Assembly (NCBI GenBank): GCA_001787005.1
Contig: MFUV01000006.1
Location: 16,197-80,196, forward strand
Length of the DNA: 64,000 nt
DNA from: Candidatus Nomurabacteria bacterium RIFCSPLOWO2_01_FULL_39_18
GTDB lineage: Bacteria; Patescibacteriota; Minisyncoccia; Phycocordibacterales; UBA9973
Direction of reading: 5' to 3'
The notes under the pieces are model-generated. The model worked only from the letters and a program-made list of their open reading frames with translations. It had not been told where the DNA came from and made no database searches. This document shows positions 36,618-46,458 of this stretch, one piece after another (the stretch's first letter is position 1; every line of letters begins with the position of its first letter). A program made the position numbers and the translations under genes.

Positions 36618-38771
36618 ATGTATAATCTAATAATGGATTCCCCGGAAATACCCTTTAATAAAGAACTTACTTATCTCGGTATTACTACTTATCGGGACAA
36701 AAATACTCTTTTTGGCATCAAGCGCAAAGACAGACGTCAGCATGTTTACATGCTCGGAAAGTCCGGTACTGGTAAATCGGTATTGATGTTTAATATGATT
36801 ATTCAGAACATCCAGAACGGCGAGGGGGTCTGTTTGGTTGATCCGCATGGAGAAAATGTCGAAGGAGTTTTGTCTGCCATTCCGCCGCACCGCATGAAGG
36901 ATGTGGTTTATTTCAATCCCGCTGATGCCGACTATCATATCGGTTTTAATGTTTTAGAGTTGGTTGACCCTCAATATAAGCACTTGGTGGCTTCTGGACT
37001 AATGGGAATATTTACGAAGATTTGGGCGAATGCCTGGAGCGCTCGAATGGAATATATTCTAAACAATTGTATTCTGGCGCTCCTCGATACTCCAGGGACG
37101 ACGCTTCTCGGAATTCCTCGAATGCTGGTGGACAAGGACTATCGTCAGAAAATAATTTCCAATTTAAAAGATCCGGTGATTAAGGCTTTCTGGGTGCACG
37201 AATACGAAGCTTGGCAGGACAAATTTAGAAATGAAGCGATTGCTCCGATTCAAAACAAAGTCGGGCAGTTTCTTTCTACTTCTATTATCCGAAATGTCGT
37301 TGGTCAATCCAAAAGTACGATCAATATTTTTGACATGATGAATAACGGCAAGATCTTTTTAGTAAATGTTTCCAAAGGGCGTATTGGCGAGGACAATTCC
37401 GCGCTTCTCGGGGGCATGATTATTACCAAGATTCAGCTTGCCGCCATGGAGCGTGTGCGCATTCCCGAAGAGTCGCGTAAAGACTTCTATCTCTATGTGG
37501 ACGAATTTCAAAACTTTGTGACGGACGCTTTCGCCGGCATTCTTTCAGAGGCTCGCAAATATCGATTAAATTTGACCGTAGCTCATCAATACACTGCCCA
37601 GCTTATTTCAGACAAAAGCTCGGCGGTGCGCGATGCCATATTTGGCAACGTCGGTACGATGATAATCTTTCGCGTGGGGGCGGACGATGCGGAATTTCTA
37701 GAAAAAGAATTTGAACCGGAGTTTACTCCGCAGGATATTGTGAATCTGCCGAATTATAAAATTTATTTGAAATTGATGATTGACGGCGTGACCTCTCGTC
37801 CTTTCTCCGCGAAAACAATGCCCCAGATGGTGAAATCGGGGAATAAAGAAGTTGAACAAGAAGTAATAAGATCTTCTCGCGAGCTTTATTGCCGGCCGAA
37901 AGATGTTGTGGAAAGAGAAATTAATAATTGGAGCGGAATGTCGCTTGGCAATGATAGCGATGGAGGCAGTAGTGCGCTAGAAAAATTCCCCGTCATCTGC
38001 TCGCTTTGCAAGAAGGAGACGACAGTGCCTTTCAAGCCAGAAAAGGGCAGGGCAGTATATTGCAAAGATTGTATTGCGAAAATAAAATCCGGAGAAGTCA
38101 AAGTGGAGAAAGGGTCAGAGAATCAGATCAAGCACGATGAAACAAAATTTTATAAACCGCTGGCTGACCTCGGAATAGAATTTGAGCGGAAAGACGCTGG
38201 ACACGTTGAAGAAGAAAACAGGCATCCCGAAAGGACTGATACGCATACTACCAAAACCACTCTTCCACCGCACAAATCAAGCGTTCTTGGAGCTATTAAA
38301 AAACCTGCCCGACCAGATGACCCTGGTCGTTCGAGCGGGGTTTTTCATCATGATGATGAAAGTAAAAAAACAAAAGACAATGTAGCCTTGAGAGAAGTTT
38401 TAAACAAAACGCTTACGGCGCCTACTCCGAAACCAGAGCCCCAGGCTAGTCAGCCCAGAGAGGAAGTTTCACTTGATGCTTTGAAAAATAAAGTTAAAGA
38501 TATTGCTGCTACTTCCAAACCTGCTCACAATGCTGCGGTAGGTACTACAGGCAAAGACCGTGCCGCAGGTCCAGAAGAAATGGGTAAATTGAAGGATTTA
38601 ATCGCGGCTAAATCCAGCGAAACTGTACCGCCCGAAGTTGAGAAAAAACCAGAACCTACTCCTATTCCAACTCCTCCACCTGCACCAGAAAAGAAAGTTG
38701 TAGAGCCCCCACTGACCAAGGGCAATATAAAAGAAGTGCCAGAAGATGTGTTAATGAAAATTCTAGAGTAA
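36618..38771 (+). CDS. VirD4/TraG/HerA-like (DUF87) ATPase with CxxC-x17-CxxC domain and Pro-rich tail
   Basis: GKSGTGKS, DPHG, LYVDEFQNF, SEARKY, AHQY; CSLC-KETTVPFKP-GRAVYCKDC. Confidence 0.88.
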   Translation: MYNLIMDSPEIPFNKELTYLGITTYRDKNTLFGIKRKDRRQHVYMLGKSGTGKSVLMFNMIIQNIQNGEGVCLVDPHGENVEGVLSAIPPHRMKDVVYFNPADADYHIGFNVLELVDPQYKHLVASGLMGIFTKIWANAWSARMEYILNNCILALLDTPGTTLLGIPRMLVDKDYRQKIISNLKDPVIKAFWVHEYEAWQDKFRNEAIAPIQNKVGQFLSTSIIRNVVGQSKSTINIFDMMNNGKIFLVNVSKGRIGEDNSALLGGMIITKIQLAAMERVRIPEESRKDFYLYVDEFQNFVTDAFAGILSEARKYRLNLTVAHQYTAQLISDKSSAVRDAIFGNVGTMIIFRVGADDAEFLEKEFEPEFTPQDIVNLPNYKIYLKLMIDGVTSRPFSAKTMPQMVKSGNKEVEQEVIRSSRELYCRPKDVVEREINNWSGMSLGNDSDGGSSALEKFPVICSLCKKETTVPFKPEKGRAVYCKDCIAKIKSGEVKVEKGSENQIKHDETKFYKPLADLGIEFERKDAGHVEEENRHPERTDTHTTKTTLPPHKSSVLGAIKKPARPDDPGRSSGVFHHDDESKKTKDNVALREVLNKTLTAPTPKPEPQASQPREEVSLDALKNKVKDIAATSKPAHNAAVGTTGKDRAAGPEEMGKLKDLIAAKSSETVPPEVEKKPEPTPIPTPPPAPEKKVVEPPLTKGNIKEVPEDVLMKILE

Positions 38772-38894
38772 GGATGTCATTCTAACATTCTATAATTAGC
38801 AGTGAGAGAGAAATAATAAGTTTACTTAATTATTACGAACGAATGAACTAATTATATTGTATCCAGTTATATAGAACATTAGAATAAGAATAAA

Positions 38895-39239
38895 ATGAAT
38901 ATAAAAATTGTAAAAAGTAAAATGTCAGAAGAAGAACTTCGTGAAATTGCTAAGGATTTTTACAGCACTATGGTAAAAGGCGTTGTTGATGTTGAAAATG
39001 AAACTCTAGCTCTCGGTGGAGAATATCATATGGATGCGAATGCTGTGCTTCTGGAGAATGGCTCAGTCCAGCGAAATATCTGGGGTTTTAATTGGTATTT
39101 CGACAAGCCAAAAGAAGAACAGCTTGAATATGTCTCGCTTATAAATATTCGTCCGATGCAAGGTAATAGAATGATGGAAGTGCAAGATTCGATTTTACGC
39201 GACAAGATGAAAAAAATAATATTAAAATATCTGTCATGA
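38895..39239 (+). CDS. DUF5674-like protein
   Basis: MVKGVVDV, GEYHMD, GS.Q.NIWGFN, SLINIRP.QGN. Confidence 0.7.
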   Translation: MNIKIVKSKMSEEELREIAKDFYSTMVKGVVDVENETLALGGEYHMDANAVLLENGSVQRNIWGFNWYFDKPKEEQLEYVSLINIRPMQGNRMMEVQDSILRDKMKKIILKYLS

Positions 39240-39526
39240 ATACTGCCCGTACCCCACTTTTTTATATGGCGAATCTTGGAAGCGAAATTTCTCGGGCTAT
39301 TTCAGAGTACCAAAAAGACGATTTTATAAACATGCATAATTCAATACTTCGTGCACAAAATATAATACAAAAAATCAAAGAATTTTCGGAGATGAAAGGG
39401 AGAACGAGCGAGCTTGAGATCTTAGAATCTATAATAGGAGATTTAGACCAAAAAAAACTTGAAGTGGATAAAAATCAACTTCTTGATTATTTTTCTCCAT
39501 TTGCAATTAGGTTAATGGCAATGTGA
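39236..39526 (+). CDS. Small helical hypothetical protein
   Basis: MANLGSEISRA motif; ATGA-coupled to the upstream gene. Confidence 0.6.
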   Translation: MNTARTPLFYMANLGSEISRAISEYQKDDFINMHNSILRAQNIIQKIKEFSEMKGRTSELEILESIIGDLDQKKLEVDKNQLLDYFSPFAIRLMAM

Positions 39527-41313
39527 TGCAAAGCGAAACAAAAACACAATCACAAACCTCTACGGCGAATTTTTCCTGGCTAGATATACCTAAGTCAATT
39601 TGGTATTTTTTGGATGAGGATAAGCCGAGATTTCTTTTTTATTCTATTTGTCTTTTATTAATTTTATTTTATGATCTTGTTCCACCATATCTCGTTGGTA
39701 AAATAATTGATTTTCTTTCTACTTATAATACAGGACAATCACTACACTCGTTTTACTTTTATATAATTTTTATTACTGTCAGTTTTCTCTTAGCTTCACT
39801 CGTTAGGCTAAAAAGTAGAAATGCTATAGCTATTATGGCAGTCAAGGCTCGAGCCAGAGCTAGGATCTGGGGTTTTGAAAGATTGACTGAATTTTCACTT
39901 GAATGGCATCGCAAAGAAAATACTGGTAATAAGTTAGAAAGAATTTTTACTGGAGCTGAGGCTATTTCAAGGTGGCTTAGGATGTTTCGATCAGATTTAT
40001 TAAAAATTTTTGTAAACACCATAGGTATGTCTATAGCTTTTGGTTTTACTGATTTCAAAATTGTTTCCTTGGTAATTATATACGTAGCATTTTTTTTGTT
40101 TATTGAATTTTATTTTGGTAAAAAAGTTTTTAGTTTAAGTAATCAATTTAACAGTCTAAATCAGAAAGCAGGAGGTACGTATGTTGAATCCGCAAGCAAC
40201 ATGCTTTCTATAAAAGCGCTAGGGAGTGAATCTGGGATGAATGAACGTGTTTTTGGCCGAGAAACATTATCGCGTAATATAGCTATTAAAAAACATAATA
40301 CTATTAATAAAAAATGGCGCTTACTTCATTTTTTAAATAGTGGGGCACTAGGTCTGTTTATTTATTTTTCGGGTATGTCAGTCATATCTCAGGCTATTAC
40401 CATAGGAACAGTTTTAGTATTTTTTACTTATTTTTATAAGCTACAGGGATATATGGCTGATATTAGTGAATTACATTTAGACCTTATTGATTCTAAATCC
40501 GATCTAGGGAACATGATGCCAATATTTAGAGAAACGGAATTTATTAAAACGGGCAACGATCCTTTTCCTAAGAATTGGCAGAACATTGAAATTAAAAATG
40601 CTTCCATGGACTATGGATCCGGGCAGATGGGACTGAATGATTTTAATTTAACTTTACAGAGGAATACGAAAACGGGAATTGCTGGGTTGTCAGGTTCGGG
40701 TAAATCTACTCTGGCAAAAATTATCTTAGGGTTATACGCGCTCCGGTCCGGAGAGTTTAAGATTGGCAATAAAAATTATTATTCTATTTCTCACAATGAA
40801 ACATTAAGCCATCTTACTGTGGTATTGCAAGAAACTGAACTTTTCAATCTTTCTTTGCGAGAAAATATCACGATGATGCGTGAAGAAAATAAAGAACTCA
40901 TGGATATGGCGGTAGAGATTTCTCAATTGGGAGAAGTAATTGATCGCTTACCCGAGAAGCTTGACTCATTGATAGGAGAAAAAGGATACATGCTCTCGGG
41001 CGGAGAGCGTCAGCGTCTCGGCATCGCTCGGGCAATTTACAAAAATGCGTCCATTGTGATATTGGATGAAGCTACTTCATCGCTTGATTCTGAAACAGAA
41101 GGAAAAATTATGGAGAAGCTTTTAGGAGAATACGGTAAAGATAAAACATTTTTAATAATTGCGCATCGTTTGGGAACTTTGAGGTATACCGACAATATTG
41201 CGGTAATGGAAAGGGGACAGGTTGTTGAAGAGGGCAGTTATGATAAATTAATGAATGATCCCAATTCGGTTTTCCATAGAATGAATAAAGAACAAAAGAA
41301 AAATGATAAATAG
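39523..41313 (+). CDS. ABC exporter, fused TMD-NBD
   Basis: TM region, GLSGSGKST, LSGGERQR, ILDEATSSLD, IAHRL. Confidence 0.93.
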   Translation: MMQSETKTQSQTSTANFSWLDIPKSIWYFLDEDKPRFLFYSICLLLILFYDLVPPYLVGKIIDFLSTYNTGQSLHSFYFYIIFITVSFLLASLVRLKSRNAIAIMAVKARARARIWGFERLTEFSLEWHRKENTGNKLERIFTGAEAISRWLRMFRSDLLKIFVNTIGMSIAFGFTDFKIVSLVIIYVAFFLFIEFYFGKKVFSLSNQFNSLNQKAGGTYVESASNMLSIKALGSESGMNERVFGRETLSRNIAIKKHNTINKKWRLLHFLNSGALGLFIYFSGMSVISQAITIGTVLVFFTYFYKLQGYMADISELHLDLIDSKSDLGNMMPIFRETEFIKTGNDPFPKNWQNIEIKNASMDYGSGQMGLNDFNLTLQRNTKTGIAGLSGSGKSTLAKIILGLYALRSGEFKIGNKNYYSISHNETLSHLTVVLQETELFNLSLRENITMMREENKELMDMAVEISQLGEVIDRLPEKLDSLIGEKGYMLSGGERQRLGIARAIYKNASIVILDEATSSLDSETEGKIMEKLLGEYGKDKTFLIIAHRLGTLRYTDNIAVMERGQVVEEGSYDKLMNDPNSVFHRMNKEQKKNDK

Positions 41314-42979
41314 TGAAACCAAAACCTGTAAAAAATGCAAGCAAGAATTCATAATTGAACCGGACGATTTTTCTTTTTATGAGAAAATGAAAGTTCCGGT
41401 GCCGGAGATATGCCCTGACTGCCGTTTCAAGATGCGGGCAGTTTTTCGCAACGAGCGGACGCTTTACAAAAGGACTTGCGGTCTATGCAATCGCTCTATC
41501 ATCACAATGTACAGTCCGAATTCTCCCTATATTGTGTATTGTAATGACTGCTTTATTTCTGATAAATGGGATCCGTATTCTTATGCGATGGATTACGAGC
41601 CGTCTAAGTCATTTTTTGAGCAATTAAAAGAACTTACCATAAAAGTTCCAAAATCCGCCACCTACAGCAGCACGTCTACGGGTGTAAATATCAACAGCGA
41701 GTATTCTAACTTTGCCGGAGGCAATAAAGATGGTTATTTGATTTTTAATTCCGGTCCGGGAAATGAAAACTGCGCGTATTCTCGTGGCATCATTGGGGCT
41801 CGAGATGTTTTCGATGTTTATTATGGCGATGAAATTGAAAATACATATGAATGTGTGAATGTCCACAAGAACAACGGGGTGATTTATGGGCAAAACATAT
41901 CTGACTCTATAGATTCTCGTTTTGTCTCAAATTGCTTTGGTTGTACAAATTGTTTCGGATGCGTGAATCTTCGCCATAAATCCTATTATTTTTTTAATGA
42001 ACCGATGAAAAGAGATGAATGGCTCGAGCGTGTTAAAGAATTTTCTGGGAGTTACGCAAAAACAGAAGAGATGAAACGGAAATTTTCAGAATTTTCTCTG
42101 AAGTTCCCTCGTCGTGAGAATAATAATTTAAAAACTACAAATTGTTTCGGAGACTATATTTTTGAATCAAAAAATTGCCATCAATGCTTCGAGGTTTCCT
42201 TTTGTGAAGATATGCGATATTCCTTCTCTGTAAAACGGGGCAAAGATTGCGCTGATATGATCGGGCATTGTCGCAGTTCAGAGCTATTATACAACGGCGT
42301 CGGCGTCGGGGCTGGTGCAAGGAATGTTATTTGCTCGTGGTGGGTTGAAAGTTCCCAAGATGTTCTATATTCATTTGTGACTCGCCAAAGCAGTAATTGC
42401 ATCGGCTGCGATGGTGTTAAAGGCGGGAGTTTCGTTATTTTAAACAAGCGCTATAATGAAGACGAATACATAAAAATTAGATCTCAAATCACAGAAGAAT
42501 TGAAGGCGGAAGGTGTCTACGGAGACTTTTTTCCAGCCGAGCTTTCTTTTTTTGCTTATAATGAAACTATCGGGCAGGACAACAGACCCCTTACGCGCGA
42601 GGAAGCTCTTTCAGAAGGTTTCAGGTGGGAAGATGAAATTCAGAAAACAGAAGGGAAAGGAACCCTGAAGACTGAAGACATTCCAGACAAAATAAAAGAT
42701 GTGGAAGATAGTATTCTGGAAGAAGTGCTAACCTGCACCAAATGTTCCAGGAATTATCGTTTGATCAGACGTGAGTTGGAGTTTTACAGGAAAATGCTGA
42801 TTCCTATTCCTCGAGAATGTTGGAATTGTCGATTTACTGACCGCATCCTCCGCCGAGGTCCGTATAAATTCTGGGATCGCACTTGCGCAAAATGTAATAA
42901 AGAAATTATTACCAATTATGCCCCCGACAGACCGGAGATAGTGTACTGTGAAAAGTGTTACCAGCAGGAGGTGTATTGA
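41303..42979 (+). CDS. Cys-rich family protein, paralog 4
   Basis: CKKCKQEFIIEPDD..CPDCR; ends YAPDRPEIVYCEKCYQQEVY. Confidence 0.85.
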   Translation: MINSETKTCKKCKQEFIIEPDDFSFYEKMKVPVPEICPDCRFKMRAVFRNERTLYKRTCGLCNRSIITMYSPNSPYIVYCNDCFISDKWDPYSYAMDYEPSKSFFEQLKELTIKVPKSATYSSTSTGVNINSEYSNFAGGNKDGYLIFNSGPGNENCAYSRGIIGARDVFDVYYGDEIENTYECVNVHKNNGVIYGQNISDSIDSRFVSNCFGCTNCFGCVNLRHKSYYFFNEPMKRDEWLERVKEFSGSYAKTEEMKRKFSEFSLKFPRRENNNLKTTNCFGDYIFESKNCHQCFEVSFCEDMRYSFSVKRGKDCADMIGHCRSSELLYNGVGVGAGARNVICSWWVESSQDVLYSFVTRQSSNCIGCDGVKGGSFVILNKRYNEDEYIKIRSQITEELKAEGVYGDFFPAELSFFAYNETIGQDNRPLTREEALSEGFRWEDEIQKTEGKGTLKTEDIPDKIKDVEDSILEEVLTCTKCSRNYRLIRRELEFYRKMLIPIPRECWNCRFTDRILRRGPYKFWDRTCAKCNKEIITNYAPDRPEIVYCEKCYQQEVY

Positions 42980-43015
42980 TTGTCTTATTCGTACGAATAG
43001 GTAAATAGAAAAAGT

Positions 43016-44758
43016 ATGAAAAGCGAAACTAAAAAATGTCAAAATTGCAAAAAAGATTTCACCATCGAACCGGAGGATTTTAATTTCTACCAAAAAATCA
43101 AAGTCCCACCACCGACTTTTTGCCCGGAGTGCCGGATGCAGAGGCGGATGGCTTGGCGTAATGAGCGCACACTTCATAGAAACAAATGCGCGAAGACAGG
43201 CAAGAGCCTGGTGAGCTGTTTTGCGGCTGATTCTCCTTTTACAATCTTTGAGCGGGACATTTGGTGGGGTGATGAATGGGATCCACGCGACTATGGACAG
43301 GACTATGATTTCAACAAACCGTTTTTTGCCCAATTTCGGGAGCTTATGGAGCGAACACCTCAACCCAACCTCTTTATAGGCAAATGCGTGAATACTTTTT
43401 ATGGTAATTATATTGGCGAGTTTAAGAATTCTTATCTTGTTTCTGCTTCCTGGGGCGGGGAGGATGTGTATTATTCTTCTCGAGTTCAAAATTCGAAAAA
43501 CTGTATGGATATGTTTACCTCAGGGGATTGTCAATTCTGCTACGACGACATCTCTTCCTCTAAGTGCTACGAAACATTTTTTTCCCAATATGCGGAGGCT
43601 TGCACGAGCTCCTATTTTCTTTACGATTGCAAAAATTGCATAAATTGTTTTGGCTGTACTAATTTACGCAACAAATCTAATTGTATGTGGAATGAACAAC
43701 TTACTAAAGAAGCATATGACAAGCAACTCAAAGAATTAAATTTGAATAGTTTCAAAAATTTAATGCTAGCCAAAGAAAAGTTTGAGAATTTAAAAATGAA
43801 AGCCATCAGACGATATGCCAACATAATTCGGTCTACAAATGTTTCTGGTGATAACATTATAAATTCAGACAATTGCCAGAATTGCTTTGATCTCTTCGGT
43901 GAAGTTAAGGACTGCAAATTTATCACCAACTGTGCGATTAAATTCTATACAAGTTATGATGGTTATGGCGTAGGAGCGAATTCTGAGCTCGTATATGAAG
44001 CCATGGATTCTGGAGTGGATGCCTCTCGGCTCCTTTTTACTCTGACTGCCTGGGAGTGTCTTAATACTGAATATTGTATAAATTGCCACGGCTCCAACAA
44101 TCTCTTTGGTTGTGTAGGTCTACGTAATAAAAGTTACTGTATTTTGAATAAACAATACACCAAGGAAGAATTTTTGAAACTGCGAGAGGAAATCATGAAG
44201 CACATGATGGAGATGCCATATTCCGACAAAAGGGGAAATGTGTACAGGTATGGAGAATATTTCCCGGCAGAGATTTCACCCTTCGGCTACAACGAGACTG
44301 TGGCACGGGATTATTTTCCAATAAATAAAAACGATATCATCAAAAATGGCTATAAATACATTGAGAAAGAGAAGCCAGAATACCAAGCCACTCGTATGGC
44401 AAAATATCTGCCTGACAATATCAAAGATACCGATGAACAGATTCTAAAGGAGGTTATTGAGTGTGAATCCTGTAGGAGACCTTTCAAGATTATCGAAAAT
44501 GAACTTATTTTCTTAAAAAGATTTAATCTTGCGTTGCCGAGGAAATGTTTTGAGTGTCGTCACCAAGAAAGATTTAAAAAAGTTAATCCTCCCAAACTCT
44601 ATCACCGGCAGTGCATGTGTGGCGGTGCAGAGTCACCAAGAACGACAGTGGAGCATAGCCACTCTGGTCAATGCACGAACGAATTCGAGACCTCTTATGC
44701 CCCCGAACGACCAGAAATAGTGTACTGCGAGAAATGCTTCCAGCAGGAAGTTTACTGA
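43016..44758 (+). CDS. Cys-rich family protein, paralog 5
   Basis: CQNCKKDFTIEPED..PPPTFCPECR; ends YAPERPEIVYCEKCFQQEVY. Confidence 0.85.
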   Translation: MKSETKKCQNCKKDFTIEPEDFNFYQKIKVPPPTFCPECRMQRRMAWRNERTLHRNKCAKTGKSLVSCFAADSPFTIFERDIWWGDEWDPRDYGQDYDFNKPFFAQFRELMERTPQPNLFIGKCVNTFYGNYIGEFKNSYLVSASWGGEDVYYSSRVQNSKNCMDMFTSGDCQFCYDDISSSKCYETFFSQYAEACTSSYFLYDCKNCINCFGCTNLRNKSNCMWNEQLTKEAYDKQLKELNLNSFKNLMLAKEKFENLKMKAIRRYANIIRSTNVSGDNIINSDNCQNCFDLFGEVKDCKFITNCAIKFYTSYDGYGVGANSELVYEAMDSGVDASRLLFTLTAWECLNTEYCINCHGSNNLFGCVGLRNKSYCILNKQYTKEEFLKLREEIMKHMMEMPYSDKRGNVYRYGEYFPAEISPFGYNETVARDYFPINKNDIIKNGYKYIEKEKPEYQATRMAKYLPDNIKDTDEQILKEVIECESCRRPFKIIENELIFLKRFNLALPRKCFECRHQERFKKVNPPKLYHRQCMCGGAESPRTTVEHSHSGQCTNEFETSYAPERPEIVYCEKCFQQEVY

Positions 44759-44815
44759 CCTCACCCCCAGCCCCTCTCCTTGCCAAGGAGAGGGTGGCCG
44801 AAGGTCGGGTGAGGT
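44758..44815. repeat. GC-rich REP-like hairpin (ccctctcc/ggagaggg type)
   Basis: acctcaccc..ccctctcctt-gcc-aaggagaggg..gggtgaggt. Confidence 0.75.
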
Positions 44816-44841
44816 GAATTATGTTATAATACTAAGACATT

Positions 44842-46353
44842 ATGCCGAAACCCAATCGAGTTCAAATAATCAAATATGGTCCGCCACCGCCAGAGTTACC
44901 CGTCTTCGGAAAAGTTAAACCCGAGGATGTTTCTTTTATTGGACGGACGAATTATGTAGCGTCGCTCGAAGAAAAGAAATTTATTTTCGGCATTAAGAGG
45001 ATAGATAGGCGCAGGCATTTGTATATTATTGGAAAATCCGGCGTGGGTAAATCAAAGCTTCTAGAACTTATGGTCAGACAGGATATAAGCTATGGACATG
45101 GATTGTGTTTTATCGATCCTCACGGCGATGAGTTTAAGAACATACTGGATTTTGTTCCAAAGGAGCGGATAGAAGATGTATGCATTATTGACCCCACGGA
45201 TAAAGAATTTCCGGTGTCATTTAATCCTCTTGCTAATGTTGATCCTGCTTTTAAATTCATTTTGACCCAAGGATTGATTGAAGTTTTTCAGAAACAATTC
45301 GGAGCTAATTGGACACCACGCCTAGAGCACGTCTTTCGTTTTACCTGTCTTGCGTTGCTTGACTACCCGCATGCGACCATGCGTGGAATGATTTCAATGT
45401 TGACGGACAGAAATTATAGGCAAAAAGTGGTGGAGTACATCACGGACGACATGGTAAAAAGATTCTTCGCTATAGAATTCGCCGACTGGTCGGAGAAGTT
45501 TGATACTGACGCCATTATTCCGCTTGTCAACAAGCTCGGGCAGTTCCTTTCTGACCCGCTACTCCGTAATATTTTCGGCCAGAAAGAAAACAAGGTTGAT
45601 ATTAGCTCGCTCATGAATGAAAAGAAAATTGTACTTATAAACATTTCCAAAGGTCAGTTGGGGGAAGAAAATTCCTCATTTCTTGGCTCTATATTTCTGA
45701 CCAAAATAAAACAAGCCGGAATGGAGCGTGCCTCAATGGACGAGTCCGCGCGTACCGACTTTTATCTTTATGTAGACGAGTTTCAAAATGTGGTTACGCA
45801 AACATTTGAAAATATTCTCTCTGAAGCTCGCAAATACGGACTGAACCTGACCATTGCGCACCAATACGTTGGCCAGATTATCACCAAAGTTCATCAAGCA
45901 GTTTTGGGAAATGTCGGGTCCGTGATAACTTTCCGCGTGGGTGGTGAGGATGCGGTGAAATTAAAGCCGGAATTCGCGCCGCTGTTTGATGTGAAAGATA
46001 TGATCAACCTCGCAGTCACAGAATTTTATATCAAAATGACAATAGACGGGGAGTCTTATGATCCTTTTTCTGCCGAGACTCTTCGTGTCTTGCCTCCGAC
46101 GCATCCATCATATCGGGAAGAAATTACTGCCGCATCTCGGCAAAAATATTCTATTCCGAAAGATGCTGCTGCAAAATTAATTGCCGAAGAAGAAACAACA
46201 ATCATCCGAAGCGCGGAGGAAAAAGCAATTATTGAAGGAAAATCCAAGAAAAAAACAAAGGGCGGGAAAGTGGTGGGCGAAGAGGAAGCGGGTGAGACTG
46301 AGACAGAAAACCCAAAGGCGAAGGCTTCACAGGAAGCCGAGCCCATGATTTAA
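44842..46353 (+). CDS. Second VirD4/TraG/HerA-like (DUF87) ATPase
   Basis: GKSGVGKS, DPHG, LYVDEFQN, SEARKY, AHQY. Confidence 0.88.
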   Translation: MPKPNRVQIIKYGPPPPELPVFGKVKPEDVSFIGRTNYVASLEEKKFIFGIKRIDRRRHLYIIGKSGVGKSKLLELMVRQDISYGHGLCFIDPHGDEFKNILDFVPKERIEDVCIIDPTDKEFPVSFNPLANVDPAFKFILTQGLIEVFQKQFGANWTPRLEHVFRFTCLALLDYPHATMRGMISMLTDRNYRQKVVEYITDDMVKRFFAIEFADWSEKFDTDAIIPLVNKLGQFLSDPLLRNIFGQKENKVDISSLMNEKKIVLINISKGQLGEENSSFLGSIFLTKIKQAGMERASMDESARTDFYLYVDEFQNVVTQTFENILSEARKYGLNLTIAHQYVGQIITKVHQAVLGNVGSVITFRVGGEDAVKLKPEFAPLFDVKDMINLAVTEFYIKMTIDGESYDPFSAETLRVLPPTHPSYREEITAASRQKYSIPKDAAAKLIAEEETTIIRSAEEKAIIEGKSKKKTKGGKVVGEEEAGETETENPKAKASQEAEPMI

Positions 46354-46361
46354 GGAAACGC

Positions 46362-46389
46362 TTGACCAAGAGTTGTTTGCGAGTATAAT
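46362..46389 (+). promoter_or_regulatory. dnaJ promoter
   Basis: TTGACC-16-TATAAT; ATG 46396 lies 6 nt downstream. Confidence 0.65.
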
Positions 46390-46395
46390 ATCACT

Positions 46396-46458
46396 ATGTC
46401 AAAAGACCCCGAACGAAAGCAAGGCTTCGTACGGGGCAAGCTATTATTCAAGATATGA
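46396..46458 (+). other. Duplicated dnaJ start: 20-aa leader [27 protein letters not shown]-coupled to dnaJ
   Basis: atgtcaaaagac[34-bp hairpin insert]tattat would read MSKDYY without the insert; TGA 46456-46458 overlaps the dnaJ ATG. Confidence 0.75.

Noticed and set aside
27340-44758. Diversity-generating retroelement acting on the Cys-rich paralogs
   Set aside because: No reverse transcriptase in the window. Differences between the similar 3' ends are mostly synonymous and not adenine-specific, and no TR/VR pair was seen.
27287-44815. Classical integron
   Set aside because: No tyrosine integrase, and the junction palindromes lack consistent attC RYYYAAC/GTTRRRY ends.
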